Origin: Mobula hypostoma
Lineage: Eukaryota
DNA: 64,000 nucleotides
Direction of reading: 5' to 3'
Assembly (NCBI RefSeq): GCF_963921235.1
Contig: NC_086097.1
Location: 26,724,001-26,788,000 of the forward strand
The position numbers and the translations under genes are program-made. Below the pieces are notes generated by a model that was not told the DNA's origin, did not search any database, and was given only the letters and a program-made list of their open reading frames with translations. Positions 37,466 through 50,959 of this stretch are shown here, in pieces (within the stretch, counting starts at the first letter, position 1; each line of letters begins with the position of its first letter).

Positions 37466-38693
37466 GTTTTGGTCGCTCCAGTATAGGAAGGACGTCGAGG
37501 CTCTAGAGAGGGTGCAGAAGAGGTTTACGGGGTTGCTGTCTGGTTTAGAGGGCATGTGCTATCATGAGAGGCTGGATAAATTTGGGTTGTTTTTTCTGGA
37601 GCGCTGGAGGCTGGGGAAAGATCTCATAGAGGTTTATAAGATTATGAGAGGGATAGACAGAATGGACAGAGAGTATCTGTTTCCCTGGGTTGAAATGTCT
37701 AACACCAGAGGACTTGCATTGAAAGTGAGAGGGGATAGTTTTTTACTCATAGAGTCAAGGATGCCTGGAATGTGCTGCATGATATGGTGATAGAGGCAAA
37801 TACAGTATATTAGAGGCTTTTGAGAGATGTTTGGATAGGGACATGGACGTAAGGAAGATGGAGGGATACGGACATAGTGTTAGTAGGAGAGATTAATGTT
37901 TGGGTGTTTTTGATTTGCTTTTTAGTAGGTTCGGCACAACATTGTGGGCTGAAGGACCTGTTCCTTCTCTATACTGTTCTATGTTCTACACAACTCTCCT
38001 CACTATTCACAACTCAGTGTATTCATATTGGCTGAATCTTATTAAGGAATGGATAATTACTCAGAGCATTACTCCCTGAAACTGGACATTTTGTAAATGA
38101 GTATGAGATTTATCATAATAAATTTAAGACAAGAACGTGAAGAGTTAGTACTGAACTACTAATTTAACCAAAAGCACAAACACCTCTCCTTGTAAAATAT
38201 TAAATGTCATGTATCTGTGCACGTTTCCCTGCCAGACTTATTGTTATAAATTTCTGTCTCATTGTATAACAAATAGTGCAAACTTGTCAGGCTAATTATA
38301 CCCTCCAACCTCAACTGATAGTGGGGTCTAGTTACAGTGTGACTTGTTTATATAGCCGCTTCCATTATAAATATAATCACAGGAAATGTGTGCCTGCATG
38401 GAGATGTCAGTCCATAATTCACAGCAAAGAAAGTGGTCATTTGCCCCATCCTGTCAATGTTGTTGATAATGTTCTTCAACCCAGCATTCTTTCTCTCAGC
38501 TGAGTGCCAAGTCCTTCCATTCAATCTCCCCAGGTGTTTCTGCAGCTTCCTTTTCCTGTTCATTTCAACTAGCCCATGAAGTGGAGATGTGAGGAAAACT
38601 CCACTTGTCATCAGGTTTTGACGAATCCACCAACACTCGCACAATGCATCCCTCTTCCATCCACGGCACGAGCTGCTCAACAAGCATAAACTG

Positions 38694-39068
38694 AACAAGA
38701 GGAAATCTGCAGACGCCGGAAATCCGAGCAACATACACAAAATGCTGGAGGGACTCAGCAGGCCAGGCAGCATCTACGAGTACAGTTGACAGTTCGGCAG
38801 GACTGGAGAAAAATGCTGAGGAGTAGAGTTAAAAGGAGCAGGGGAGGGGAGAGAGAAACACAAGGCGACAGGTGAAATCTGAGGGGGGAGGGGATGAAGT
38901 AAGGAGCTGGGAAGTTGATTGCTGAAAGAGACAGAAGGCCATGGAAGAAAGAAAAGTGGGGAGGAGCACCCAGAGGGAGTTGAGGGACAGGCAAGCAGAA
39001 AAAGTGAGAGAGGGAAAAGGAGAATGGGAAATGGTGAACGGGGCAGGGGGGGTGTTACCGGAAGTTCG
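38694..39068 (-). mobile_element. Penelope terminal repeat
   Basis: aacaagaggaaatctgcagacgccgg..ggactcagcaggccaggcagcatcta. Confidence 0.8.
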
Positions 39069-39859
39069 AGCGTAAACTGAACGTTGCTCTAACTGCTTTT
39101 GTGAACTAGATCTGCTTAACCACTTACAATACTTTTCTAAATAGCATATAGTTAGACATCGACCAGACAAGTGTTGGATCATAGCTCAAGAAAGGAAGCT
39201 TTGATCAGTGTGTTTCAAAAAAAAATTACATGCCAGGATTTAATTAAAAAGGTTGAGCAAATAATTTACAACCAGACGCATGAAACCCTGAAGACCAATC
39301 GATGCAGAAATCATGACTGGGCTGATCAGGGTCATACTACAGTAGATCAGCCTGAGTGTGGCAGTTTATCACCATGGGCTCAATCTATATCAGAGCAAGC
39401 ATGGAGAAAATAAAATCCAATCTTTCTGCCAGCTCAGCTCAGTTAATGTAAATGTTCAATTTGCTCTCTCCTGTACAAGAGAGCATGAGTTCTCCAGTTG
39501 TGCCATGTATCCGCAACACTGCATATGAACTATTACAGTACAGCTCCCCTCTGATGTCCCACTGTGGTTAAATGGATAGAGTCAGAAGTTCCTGGACCTT
39601 TTTGATGCAACGTTGCCACAAGAGTGGCCTTGTTCACTGCCTTCTGGTCCAGATGAATTTCATGCAAGGCAGGTTACCTAATTATATTCCAAAATGCTGC
39701 AACAAACCAGACTCAGATTTATTTATCATTAACATACAATGCATTGTAAAATTCGTTGTTTTGTCGCAGCAGTACAGTGCAATACATAAAAATTATTATA
39801 AATTACAATAGGAATATATAAAAAATAAATAAATAGTTCAAAAAGAGAGTGAAATACTG

Positions 39860-40074
39860 AGCAACACACACAAAATGGTGGAGGAACTCAGCAGGCCAGT
39901 CTATGGAAAAGAGTAAGCAGTCGACGTTTCGGGATGAGACCCTTTATTAGGACGTCTTGGCCTGAAACGTTTACTATTTACTCTTTTCCATAGATACTGC
40001 CTTGCCTGCTGAGTTCCTCCACCATTTTTCATGTGTTACTTTGGATTTCCAGCATCTGCAGATTTTCTCTTGTT
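39860..40074. mobile_element. Fold-back (head-to-head) mini-Penelope
   Basis: About 80-bp inverted arms at 39860-39939 and 39954-40040. Confidence 0.8.
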
Positions 40075-40927
40075 AGCAAAGTAATGAGGGTAGTGTTCAT
40101 GAACCATTGAGAAACCTTATGGTGCAGGGGGAAGAAGCTACTGCTAAAATGTTGAGTGGGTGTCTTCAAGTTCCTGTACCTCCTCCCAGGAGTACCTCAA
40201 GATCCTGTTCTCATTATTTATTGCTATTTACTTATATTTGCATTTGCACAGTTTGTTACCTTCTGCACTCTGGTTGATCTTTCATTGGTCCTGTTATAAT
40301 TATTATTCTATAGATTTGCTGAGTATGCCCAAAGGAAAATGAATCTCAGGTTTGTATATGGTGACATAGATGTACTTTGATGATAAAATTTACATTGACT
40401 TTGACGTTTTGAAGATCTTCTCGATGGTGTGGTGGGTTGTGCCCGTGATGGAGCTTTTCCGATCCTGCGTGTTGACACCTTCATACCAGATGGTAATCCA
40501 GCCAGTATGAGTGGTTAATGGCTGGCACAGACTCGGTGGGTTATAGGGCCAGTTACTGCACTGTATGACTATGTTTCTACATGAAGACTAAAGGTTTAGC
40601 TAAAAAGCATAGATTTAAAACATAGAACATTACAGCAGGACACAGGCTCTTCATTTCACAACGTTATGCCGATCTTTTAACCTACTCTAAGATCAATCTA
40701 ACCCTGGCCTCCTACATAGCCCACCATTTTTCTTTCATTCATGTGTCTATCCAAGAGTCTCTTACATGTCCCTAATATACCTGCCTCTATCACCACTCCA
40801 GCAGTGTGTCCCACCATTCTGATAAAAAAAACCTACCTCTGACATTCCTCCTGTATTTTCCTCCAATCACCTTAAATTTATACACATAAAATGCTGGAGG
40901 AACTCAGCAGGCCAAGCAGCATCTATA

Positions 40928-41547
40928 TAAAACCCCCTGGTTCCCTTGGCTGCGTAAGTGTAGGGAAGGCAACCTCCGGCCCCACCAAACTCGTGAGATT
41001 GATGCACGGTCCCACCCCAAACCCCGGCTTGTGTGGATGCTGTGTAATTTGCTACCCTGTTACAAATTAATGCCACGGAATAACAGACAGTTCACCACAT
41101 ACAACTAAAAGATTGTCTTTATGATTCTTAATTTGACTAAAAGGTTAGTAAAGAAAAGAACAAGAAAAAAGAAAAGGGCCCATTTTAATGAAACAGTCTG
41201 ATGTCACAAGTTGGAACTCACGGTTTCTCCAAGTCACTGATCCTCAATTGATCTCACCCTGGGCTTCGACAAATCACGGTCCCACTCCAGATCGAATCCT
41301 ATGACCCCATCTCTCCTGCATCTTCCCTCTTCATCTCCTCTCGAACAAAAGCCCCAAGCCCAACCTTAGTGTCCCTCACCAGAAAAACCTCCCCTAAATT
41401 CGACCATCCTAAGTGGATGGCACACATTTCTCCTCATCCCTTATCTTCAACAATAACCCAAGCAAGCTGAAAACAAGCTGCTCTTACAGAACTGCCAAAA
41501 TGAAATACATACAGCATAACAGTAAAAATACAAACCAGGGCATTACA
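40928..41547 (-). mobile_element. Solo LTR (~620 bp), related to 25285-25904
   Basis: Right end ccagggcattaca; tata duplication; shares actaacc..tagtcaaa and ttgtaacaggg..cagcatccac motifs; left TG/CA terminus degraded. Confidence 0.75.
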
Positions 41548-41609
41548 TATAGAAAAGAGTTAAATAGTCCACGTTTTGGGCTGGAAAGGTAAGGAAGAAG
41601 TCAGAGTCA

Positions 41610-42058
41610 CATTATCTCCTTTCCTGCAATTTCGGTAATTGCACCCCCGCATTACCATTCCCAATTCCTGTTTCCCCCTCTCACATTATCTCCTAACCTG
41701 CCCATCACCTCCCTCTGGTTCTCCTCCCCCTTCCCCTTCTTCCATGGTCTTCCGTCTTCTCCTACCAGATTCCCCTTCTCCAGCCCTTTATTTCTTTCAC
41801 CGATCAACTTCCCAGCTCTTCACCACCCCTCACCCCCTCCCAGTTTCACCTATCACCTACCACCTTGTGCTTCTTCCTTCCCTCCCCTGCACCTTCTTAC
41901 TCTGACTTCTCTCCTTCCTTTCCTGTCCTGATGAGGGTCTTGGCCCGAAATATCAACTGTCTACTCTTTCCTGTAAATGCTGCCCAACCTGCTGAGTTCC
42001 TCCAGCACTTTGTGTGTGTTGCTTGGATTTCCAGCATCTGTCGACTTTCTCGTGCTTG
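41610..42058 (+). mobile_element. Penelope 3' terminus with a hammerhead motif at 41924-41958
   Basis: tgtc-CTGATGA-ggg tcttgg ccc-GAAAT-ATC-aact; core intact but stem I mismatched. Confidence 0.78.
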
Positions 42059-42061
42059 TGT

Positions 42062-44822
42062 GACCTTAAAGGATAGGAAGGTAGGATCGGAAGGATAGGG
42101 AGGCAGGCAGAGGGGGAGGCATGGCTTTATTGGTAAGAAATGATATTAAATCTTTAGAAAGAGGTGATATAGGATCGGAAGGTGCAGAATCTTTATGGGT
42201 TGAGCTAAGAAATCGCAGGCGTAAAAGGACCCTGATGGCAATTATTTATAGGCCTCCAGACAGCTGCAGGGATGTGGACTACAAATTACAACAGGAGATA
42301 GAAAAGGCTTGTCAGAAGGGCAGTGTTATGATAATCGTGGGGGATTTTAACATGCGAGTGGATTGGGAAAATCAGGTTGGCACTGGATCTCAAGAGAGAG
42401 AATTTGTAGAATGTCTGCGAGATGGCTTTTTAGAACAGCTTGTTGTTGAGCCCACTAGGGGATCGGCTGTACTGGATTGGGTATTGTGTAATGAACCGGA
42501 GGTGATTAGAGAGATTGAGGTGAAGGAACCCTTAGGAGGCAGTGATCATAACATGACTGAGTTCATTGTGACATTTGAAAAAGAGAAGCCGAAATCTGAT
42601 GTGTCGGTATTTCAGTGGAGTAAAGGTAATTACAGTGGCATGAGAGAGGAACTGGCCAAAGTTGACTGGAAAGGGACACTGGCGGGAAAGACGGCAGAGC
42701 ATCAGTGGCTGGAGTTTATGCGAGAAGTGAGGACGGTGCAAGACAGGTATATTCCAGAAAAGAAGAAATTTTCGAATGGAAAAAGGATGCAACCGTGGTT
42801 GACAAGAGAAGTCAAAGCCAAAGTTAAATCAAAGGAGAGGGCGTACAAGGAAGCAAAAATTAGTGGGAAAACAGAGGATTGGGAAGTATTTAAAACCTTA
42901 CAAAAGGAAACTAAGAAGGTCATTAACAGGGAAAAGATTAACTATGAAAGGAAGCTAGCAAATAATATCAAAAAGGATACTAAAAGCTTTTTCAAGTATA
43001 TAAAGAGTAAAAGACAGGTGAGAGTAGATATAGGACCGATAGAAAATGATGCTGGAGAAATTGTAATGGGAGATAAGGAGATGGCAGAGAAATTGAACGA
43101 GTATTTTGCATCAGTCTTCACTGAGGAAGACATCAGCAATATACCGGACACTCAAGGGTGGCAGGGAAGAGAAGTGTGCGCAGTCACAATTACGACAGAG
43201 AAAGTACTCAGGAAACTGAATAGCCTAAGGGTAGATAAATCTCCCGGACCAGATGGAATGCACCCGCGTGTTCTGAAGGAAGTAGCTGTGGAGATTGCGG
43301 AGGCATTAGCGGTGATCTTTTAAAAGTCAATAGATTCTGACATGGTTCCGGAGGACTGGAAGATTGCAAATGTCACTCCGCTATTTAAGAAGGGGGCAAG
43401 GAAGCAAAAAGGAAATTATGGACCTGTTAGCTTGACATCGGTGGTTGGGAAGTTGTTGGAGTCGATTGTCAAGGATGAGGTTACAGAGTATCTGGAGGCA
43501 TGTGACAAGATAGGCAGAACCCAGCATGGAATCCTTAAAGGAAAATCCTGCCTGACAAACCTATCACAATTTTTTGAGGAAATTACCAGTAGGCTAGACA
43601 AGGGAGATGCAGTGGATGTTGTATATTTGGATTTTCAGAAGGCCTTTGACAAGGTGCCACACATGAGGCTGCTTAACAAGATAAGAGCCCATGGAATTAC
43701 TGGAAAGTTACATACGTAGATAGAGCGTTGGCTGATTGGCAGGAAACAGAGAGTGGGAATAAAGGGATCCTATTCTGGTTGGCTGCCGGTTACCAGTGGT
43801 GTTCCACAGGGGTCCATGTTGGGGCCGCTTCTTTTTACATTGTACATCAACGATTTGGATTATGGAATAGATGGCTTTGTGGCTAAGTTTGCTGACGATA
43901 CGAAGATAAGTGGAGGGGCCGGTAGTGCTGAGGAAACGGAGAGTCTGCAGAGAGACTTGGATAGATTGGAAGAATGGGCAAAGAAATGGCAAATGAAGTA
44001 CAGTGTTGGAAAGTGTATGGTTATGCACTTTGGCAGAAGTCATAAATGGGCAGACTATTATTTAAATGGGGAGAAAATTCAAAGTTCTGAGATGCAACGG
44101 GACTTGGGAGTCCTCATACAGGATACCCTTAAGGTTAACCTCCAGGTTGAGTCCGTAGTGAAGAAGGCGAATGCAATGTTGGCATTCACTTCTAGAGGAA
44201 TAGAGTATAGGAGCAGGGATGTGATGTTGAGGCTCTATAAGGCGCTGGTGAGACCTCACTTGGAGTACTGTGGGCAGTTTTGGTCTCCTTATTTAAGAAA
44301 GGATGTGCTGACTTTGGAGAGAGTACAGAGAAGATTCACTCGAATGATTCCGGGAATGAGAGGGTTAACATATGAGGAACATTTGTCCGCTCTTGGACTG
44401 TATTCTTTGGAGTTTCAAAGAATGAGGGGAGACTTTATAGAAACATTTCGGATGTTGAAAGGCATGGACAGAGTGGATGTGGCAAAGTTGTTTCCCATGA
44501 TGGGGGAGTCTAGTACAAGAGGGCATGACTTAAGGATTGAAGGGCGCCCATTCAGAACAGAAATGCGAAGAAATTTTTTTAGCCAGAGGGTGGTGAATCT
44601 ATGGAATTTGTTGCCACGGGCAGCAGTGGAGGCCAAGTCATTGGGTGTACTTAAGGCAGAGATTGATAGGTATCTGAGTAGCCAGGGCATCAAAGGCTAT
44701 GGTGAAAAGGCAGGGGAGTGGGACTGAATGGGAGAACGGATCAGCTCATGATAAAATGGCAGAGCAGACTCGATGGGATGAATGGCTGACTTCTGCTCCT
44801 TTGTCTTATGGTCTTATGGTCT
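42062..44822 (+). mobile_element. Young, long 5'-truncated CR1 LINE
   Basis: Continuous ORF2 plus 3' UTR ending tcttatggtcttatggtcta. Confidence 0.95.
42121..44727 (+). pseudogene. CR1 ORF2 (partial APE endonuclease plus reverse transcriptase) with two in-frame stops
   Basis: Three ORFs in one frame; EN motifs VGDFN and GSDHN; RT motifs YLDFQKAFDKVPH, GVPQGSMLGP and KFADDTK; stops TAA at 43321 and TAG at 43717. Confidence 0.93.
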
Positions 44823-44959
44823 AAAATTTTGCCCCCCTATATTGGCCATTTCCACCCTGGATAAAAGTCTCTGGCTGTCCACTCGATCTATGCTTCTTGT
44901 TATATTGTACACCTCAATCAAGTAACCTCTCATCCTCCATCATTCCAAAGAGAAGTACA

Positions 44960-45660
44960 TCCAGTTGCAGCTTCTAACAAACCACGTTAAGGAGTTGGAG
45001 CTGGAACTGGATGAACTCCAGATCATTTGGAAGGCTGAAAGGGTGATAGATAGGACATATAGAGAGGTAGTTATGCACAAGGAGCAGGACACAGGAAACT
45101 GGGTGACAGTCAGGAAGGGGAAAGGGGTTAAGGAGCCAGTGCAGAGTACCCTGTGGCCATGCCCCTCAACAATAGGCATATCACTTTGGAGGGGTGGGCG
45201 GGGGGGAATGACCTAACAGAGGAAAGTCACAGTGGTTGGGTCTCTGGCACTGAGTCTGCCTCTGTGGCTCTGAAGGGAAGGGGTAAGAAGAGGCGCACTG
45301 TGATTATAGGGGATTCATTAGTTAGGGGAAACAGACAGGAGGTTCTGAGGGTGAGAATGAGATTTCCAGATGGTTTGTTGCCTCCCGGGTGCCAGCGTCT
45401 GGGATGTCTTCAATCGGACCCTTAGCATTCTTAAGTGGGAGGGTGAACAGCTAGAAGTCGTGGTCCCTGCAGGTACCAATTACATGGGTGAGATGAGTGA
45501 CGAGGTTCTGCATAGGGAATTCAGGGAGTGAGATGCTAGGTTAAAAGGCAGGACCTCCAGGGTTGTGATCTCAAGATTGCTCCTGTGCCATCCCAACGGG
45601 AAGGTTTGTTAATGCTGCACCTTGGAGTTTAAACTAGAATTGCAGGGGGATGGGAACTAG
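44960..45660 (+). mobile_element. CR1 ORF1 fragment (coiled coil plus SGNH esterase-like region)
   Basis: VKELELELDELQII..GNWVTVRKGKG; RRTVIIGDSLVRG. Confidence 0.8.
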
Positions 45661-48500
45661 TGTTTAAATTGCATGTTAAAATCTCCCATGACTACCATAA
45701 ACATTGCCCTTTTGACTCACCTTTTCTATTTCCAGTTGTAACCTGTGGTTCACCTTCTAGTCACTGCAGGGAGGCCTGTATATAACTGCCATCAATGTCC
45801 TTTTACCCTTACAGTTTCTTAACTTAACCCACAAGGATTCAACATCTTCCGATCCTTTGTCACATCATTCTACTGATTTAATCCATTCTTTACCAGTACA
45901 GCCACACCATCCCTTCTGCCTACCTTCCTATCCCTCCGATATAATGTGTAACTTTCAGCTCCCAACTACTACCATCTTTCAGCCACGATTCAGTGATGGC
46001 CACAACATCATACCTGGCAATCTGTAATATTGCAACAGGATCATTCACCTTATTTCTTATACTACAGGCATTTAGATACAACACATTGAGTACCGTATTT
46101 GCTATCCTTTCTGATTCTGCATCCCTAATATTTTGATACTCAGCCTGTTGGCTGCAACTAAGTCATCACCTGCCTGCCCTTCCTGACAATCTGACTGCAC
46201 GCTACCTTACTTTTTTACCATCCGTCCTGGTCTGAGTCCCTTCACTCTGGAACCCTTAGGGTAGTGATCAAAATATGAGCAAATTCACTCTGAAATTTGA
46301 GAAGAAGATGCCAAAGTCAGATGTATCAATACTACAGTGGAGAAAAGGGAATTACGGAGGCATAGGAGAGGAGTTGGCCAGAATTGATTGGAAAAGAACA
46401 CTGGCAGGGATGATGGCAGAGCAACAATGGCTGGAATTTCTGAAAGAAATTCGAAAGGCACAGGATATATACATCCCAAAGAGGATGAAGTATTCTGAAG
46501 GAAAGATGACACAACCATAGCTAACAAGACAACGCCAACATAAAAGCCAAAGAGAGGGCATATAATAAAGCAAAGATTAATGGGAAGTTAGAGGATTGGG
46601 AAGCTTTTAAAAACCAACAGAAGGCAACTAAAAAACTTAAGAAGGTAAAGATGGAATATAAAAGTAAACTAGCTGATAATATTAAAGAAGATACCAAAAG
46701 GTTTCTTCAGATATATAAAGTTTAAAAGAGAGGCAAGAGTGGATATTGGACGGCTGGAAAATGATGCTGGAGAGTTACTAATGGGGGACAACGAAATAGC
46801 GGATTGTGCATCAGTCTTCACTGTGGAAGACACTAGCAGTATGGTGGAAGCTCCAGGTGTCAAGGGGCATGAAGTGTGTGAAGTTACAATAACAAGAGAG
46901 AAGGTTCTTGGGAAACTGAAAGGTCTGAAGGTAGATAAGACACCTGAATCAGGTGGTATACACCCCAGAGTTCTGAAAGAGGCGGCTGGATAGAATGTGG
47001 AGGCATTAGTAATAATCTTTCAAGAATCACTAGATTCTGGAATGGTTCTGGAAGACTGAAAAATTGCAAATGTCACTCCACTCTTCAAAGGAGAGGAGCA
47101 GAAGAAAGGAAACTATAGGCCAGTTAGTCTGACCTCAGTGGATGCGAAGATGTTGGAGTCAATTTTTAAGGATGAGGTTTTAGGACACTTGGAGGCACAT
47201 GATAAAATAGATTTCCTCAAGGGAAAATCTTGCCTGACAAATCTGTTGAAGAAGTAACAAGCAGGATAGACAATGGAGAATCGGTTGATGTTGTGTACTT
47301 GGATTTTCAGAAGGCCTTTGACAAGGTGCCGCATGTGAGGCTGTTTAACTAGTTACGAGCTCATGGTATTACAGGAAAGAGTCTAGCATGGATAAAGCAG
47401 AGGCTGATTGGCAGGAGGCAAGGAGTGGGAATAAAAGGAGCCTATTCTGACTGGCTGCCGGCGACTAATGGTATTCCATGGGATTCTGTGTTGGGACTGA
47501 TTCTTTTTTACGTTATATATCAATCATTTGGATGATGGAATAGATGGTTTTGTTGCGAAGTTTGCAGACAATATGAAGGTAGTTGGAGGGGTGGGTAGTC
47601 TTGAAGAAGTAGAGAGGCTACAGAAGGACTTGGACAGATTAGGGGAAAGAACAAAGAAATGACAGATGGAATACAGTTTTGGAAAGTGTATGGTCATGTA
47701 CTTTGGTCGAAGAAATGAAAGGGTTGACTATTTTCTAAATGGAAAGAAAATACAAAAAACTGAGATGAAGGGGACTTGGGAGTCCATGTGCAAGATTCCC
47801 TGAAGGTTTGTTTGCAGGTTGAGTCTGTGGTGAGGAAGACATATGCAATGTTAGCATTCAATTCAAGAGGACTAGTATATGAAAGCAAGGATGTAATGTT
47901 GAAACTTTATAAAGGACTGGTGAGATCTCACTTGGAGTATTGTGAGCAGTTTTGGGCTCCTTATCTTAGAAAGGACCTGCTGAAACTGGAGAGGGTACAA
48001 AGGAGGTTCACGAAAATGATTCCAGGATTGATTGGCTTGTTATATGAACAGCTTCTGTTGGCTCTAGGCCTATATTCACCGGAACTCAGAAGAAAGAGGG
48101 GTGACTTCATTGAAACTTATTAAATGGTGAATTGATAGAGTGGATGTGGAGAGGAATGTTTCATATGGTGGGAGAGTCTAAGATCAGAGAGCACAGCCTC
48201 AGAATAGAGGGGTGTCCTATTAGAACGGAGATGAGGAGGAATTTCTTTAGGCAGAGGTTGAAGAATCTGTGGAGTTCTTTGCCACAGGCAGCTGTGGAGG
48301 CCAAGTCTTTAAGTATGTTTAAGGCAGAGGCCAAGTCTTTAAGTATGTTTAAGGCAGAGGTTGACTGGTCAGGGCATGAGGAGATACGGGGAAAAGGAAG
48401 GAGACGGGCTGAGAGGAAAACTGGATCGGCCCTGATGAAATGGCAGAACAGACTCGATGGGCCAAACGGCCCAATTCTGCTCATACAGCTCATGGTCTTA
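45661..48500 (+). mobile_element. CR1 LINE with an inverted 5' segment (45661-46249) and a 30-bp tandem duplication (48297-48356)
   Basis: Minus-strand EN N-terminus ending at MGDFNMQ, then plus-strand EPL..SDQN through RT to the 3' UTR. Confidence 0.8.
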
Positions 48501-49269
48501 AAAGCCAAAGCACATTCAACCTTTCAATATGTCACTCATGAATTAAGAAACACTACTGCTGATTGCACAAAGCCTTGATTTCTAAAGTACCTTTCATTCT
48601 CCAGGGTTCCCCAAGTATTTTATAGTTAGTAATGGAATCTTCTGCCGTATTCCTACATGCAAGAGCAATTCTTTTCTGGCAAGTCTGTTTGAGATGTTGC
48701 CAAGAGATGTGAACTATTATTGTTGAAATGCTTCTCTTTTAAACCAAGCAGTTGGGTAAACTTAAGACACCAAGTGTATTCCACAGTTGATGAAATCAAT
48801 TCTAGTCTATTGTGCATACTCAGGGAGAATTAGTCACCATATAATGCAAAGTGGCTTTTACTGTTAAACAAAAGTTTGATAAATTCCAGGTCTTAACAGT
48901 TTGAAGTGTAGTATTTTAAAGGCATCATAAAAGGGATTGGCGACGTCTCATTCAAAAGCTCTTCAATTATCATTTTATCCATACGAGATCAATAAAGAAT
49001 TGTCTTCATGAAGCAGGAGCCAAAAGATAAATAATCAGAGTGGCCACCAACAATAATCTGTCAGCCATTGAGTTGAAGGCTAAATACAAGAAATAACTTG
49101 GTACTTAGGTCAGTTTCAACAGCACAAACAGGAAAGTAATGCTATGCTGAAAAACAGCAGATGTACAGAGTAGCAAAAGCACCACCCAGACTACAATGAA
49201 AAAGACTTAAAATATATTTTTAAAAAGCTTTACTTGTCATATGTACATTGATAAATGCAGTGAAATGAG

Positions 49270-50135
49270 GATGTTATGAGATTGCAGGGTGACTTGGACT
49301 GGCTGGGTGAGTGAGCGGATGCATGGCAGATGTAGTTTAATGTGGACAAATGTGAGGTTATCCACTTTGGTGGTAAGAACAGGAAGGCAGATTATTATCT
49401 AAATGGAGTCGTTAGGAAAAGGGGAAGTACAGTGAGATCTAGGTGTTCTTGTACATCAGTCACTGAAAGCAAACATGCAGCTACAGCAGGCAGTGAAGAA
49501 AGCTAATGGCATGCTGGCCTTCTTAACAAGGGGAATTGAGTATAGGAGCAAAGAGGTCCTTCTGCAGCTGTACAGGGCCCTGGTGAGACCACGCCTGGAG
49601 TATTGTGTGCAGCTTTGGTCTCCAAATTTGAGGAAGGACACTCTTGCTATTGAGGGAGTGCAGTGCAGGTTCACAAGGTTCCCGGGATGGCGGGGCTGTC
49701 ATATGTTGAACGATTGGAGCAACTGGGCTTGTATACACTGGAATTTAGAAGGATGAGGGGGGATCTGATTGAAACATATAAGATTATTAAGGGATTGGAC
49801 ACGCTGGAGGCAGGAAGCATGTTCCCTTTGATGGATGAGTCCAGAACCAGAGGACACAGTTTAAGAATAAGGGGTAGGCCATTTAGAACGGAGCTGAGGA
49901 AAAACTTTTTCACCCAGAGAGTGGTGGATATGTGGAGTGCTCTGCCCCAGAAGGTAGTGGAGGCCAAGTCTCTGGATGCTTTCAAGAAAGAGATGGATAG
50001 AGCTCTTAAAGATAACAGAATCAAAGGTTATGGGGATAAGGCAGGAACTGGATACTGATAGTGGATGATCAGGCATGATCACAGTGAATGGCGGTGCTGG
50101 CTCGAAGGGCTGAATGGCCTACTCCTGCACCAATT
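49270..50135 (+). mobile_element. 5'-truncated CR1 LINE
   Basis: AVKKANGMLAFLTRG..; ORF 49663-50058; same subfamily as 36971-37465. Confidence 0.9.
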
Positions 50136-50262
50136 GCCTAATGCATTTGTGTCATTGTTTTAACAAATGTGGAGGAAACTGGAGCATAGCAGCGGGAATC
50201 GAACTCCGTTCAGCGATCACTGGCACTGTGAAGCAATTGTGCCAACTGCTATGCCACTGTGC

Positions 50263-50940
50263 CACACACACAAAACGCTGGAGGAACTCAGCAGGCCAGG
50301 CAGCATCTATGGAAAAGAGTAAACAGTCGACATTTTGGGCCGAGACCCTTCAAGAGGATGGGAAAAAAGATGAGAAGTTAAGAGCAAGAGGTTCTGCGGG
50401 GAGGGGAGGAAGAAATAAATACGAGGTGGCTGGTGATAGGTGATAGGTGATAGGTGAAAGGTGATGGGGGGGTGAAGTAAAGAGCCGGGAGGCTGATAGG
50501 TGAAAGAGATAAAGGGTTGGAAAAAGGGGTGGAGCACCAGATGGGCAGGTAAGGAGATAAAGTGAGAGAGGGAAAAACAAATGGGGAATGGTGGGGGGTG
50601 GGGAAGAATAACTGGAAGTTTGAGAAATCGATGTTTGTGCCATCAGGTTGGAGGCACACAGGTGGAATATAAGATGTTGCTCCTCCAACCCGAGTGTGGC
50701 CTCATCACAACAGTAGAATGGGAACGGGAAGTAGAATTGAAGTAGATGGCCACTGGAAGATGCTGCTTTTTCTAGTGCTCAGCAAAACAGTCTCACCGAT
50801 ATACAGGAGATCACACCGGTAGCACCGGATATAGTAGATGGTCCCACAGTGCAAGTGTCGCCTCACCTGGAAGGACTGTTTGGTGCCCTGAATGGTAGTG
50901 AGGGAGGAGGTGTTGGGGCAGGCATGGCACTTATTCTGCT
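50263..50940 (-). mobile_element. Degenerate Penelope-like element
   Basis: EEQHLIFHLC..QPDGTNIDFSNF; terminal ggaggaactcagcaggccaggcagc. Confidence 0.8.
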
Positions 50941-50959
50941 AAACAGAAAGGGTTATTAT

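Larger units (their letters stand above)
34860..37988 (+). mobile_element. Older CR1 LINE (ORF2, frameshifted) hosting two younger CR1 copies
   Basis: ORFs 35038-35673, 35763-35990 (AVDVICMDFSNVFDKVPH) and 37437-37790; tail ctgttctatgttcta. Confidence 0.85.
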
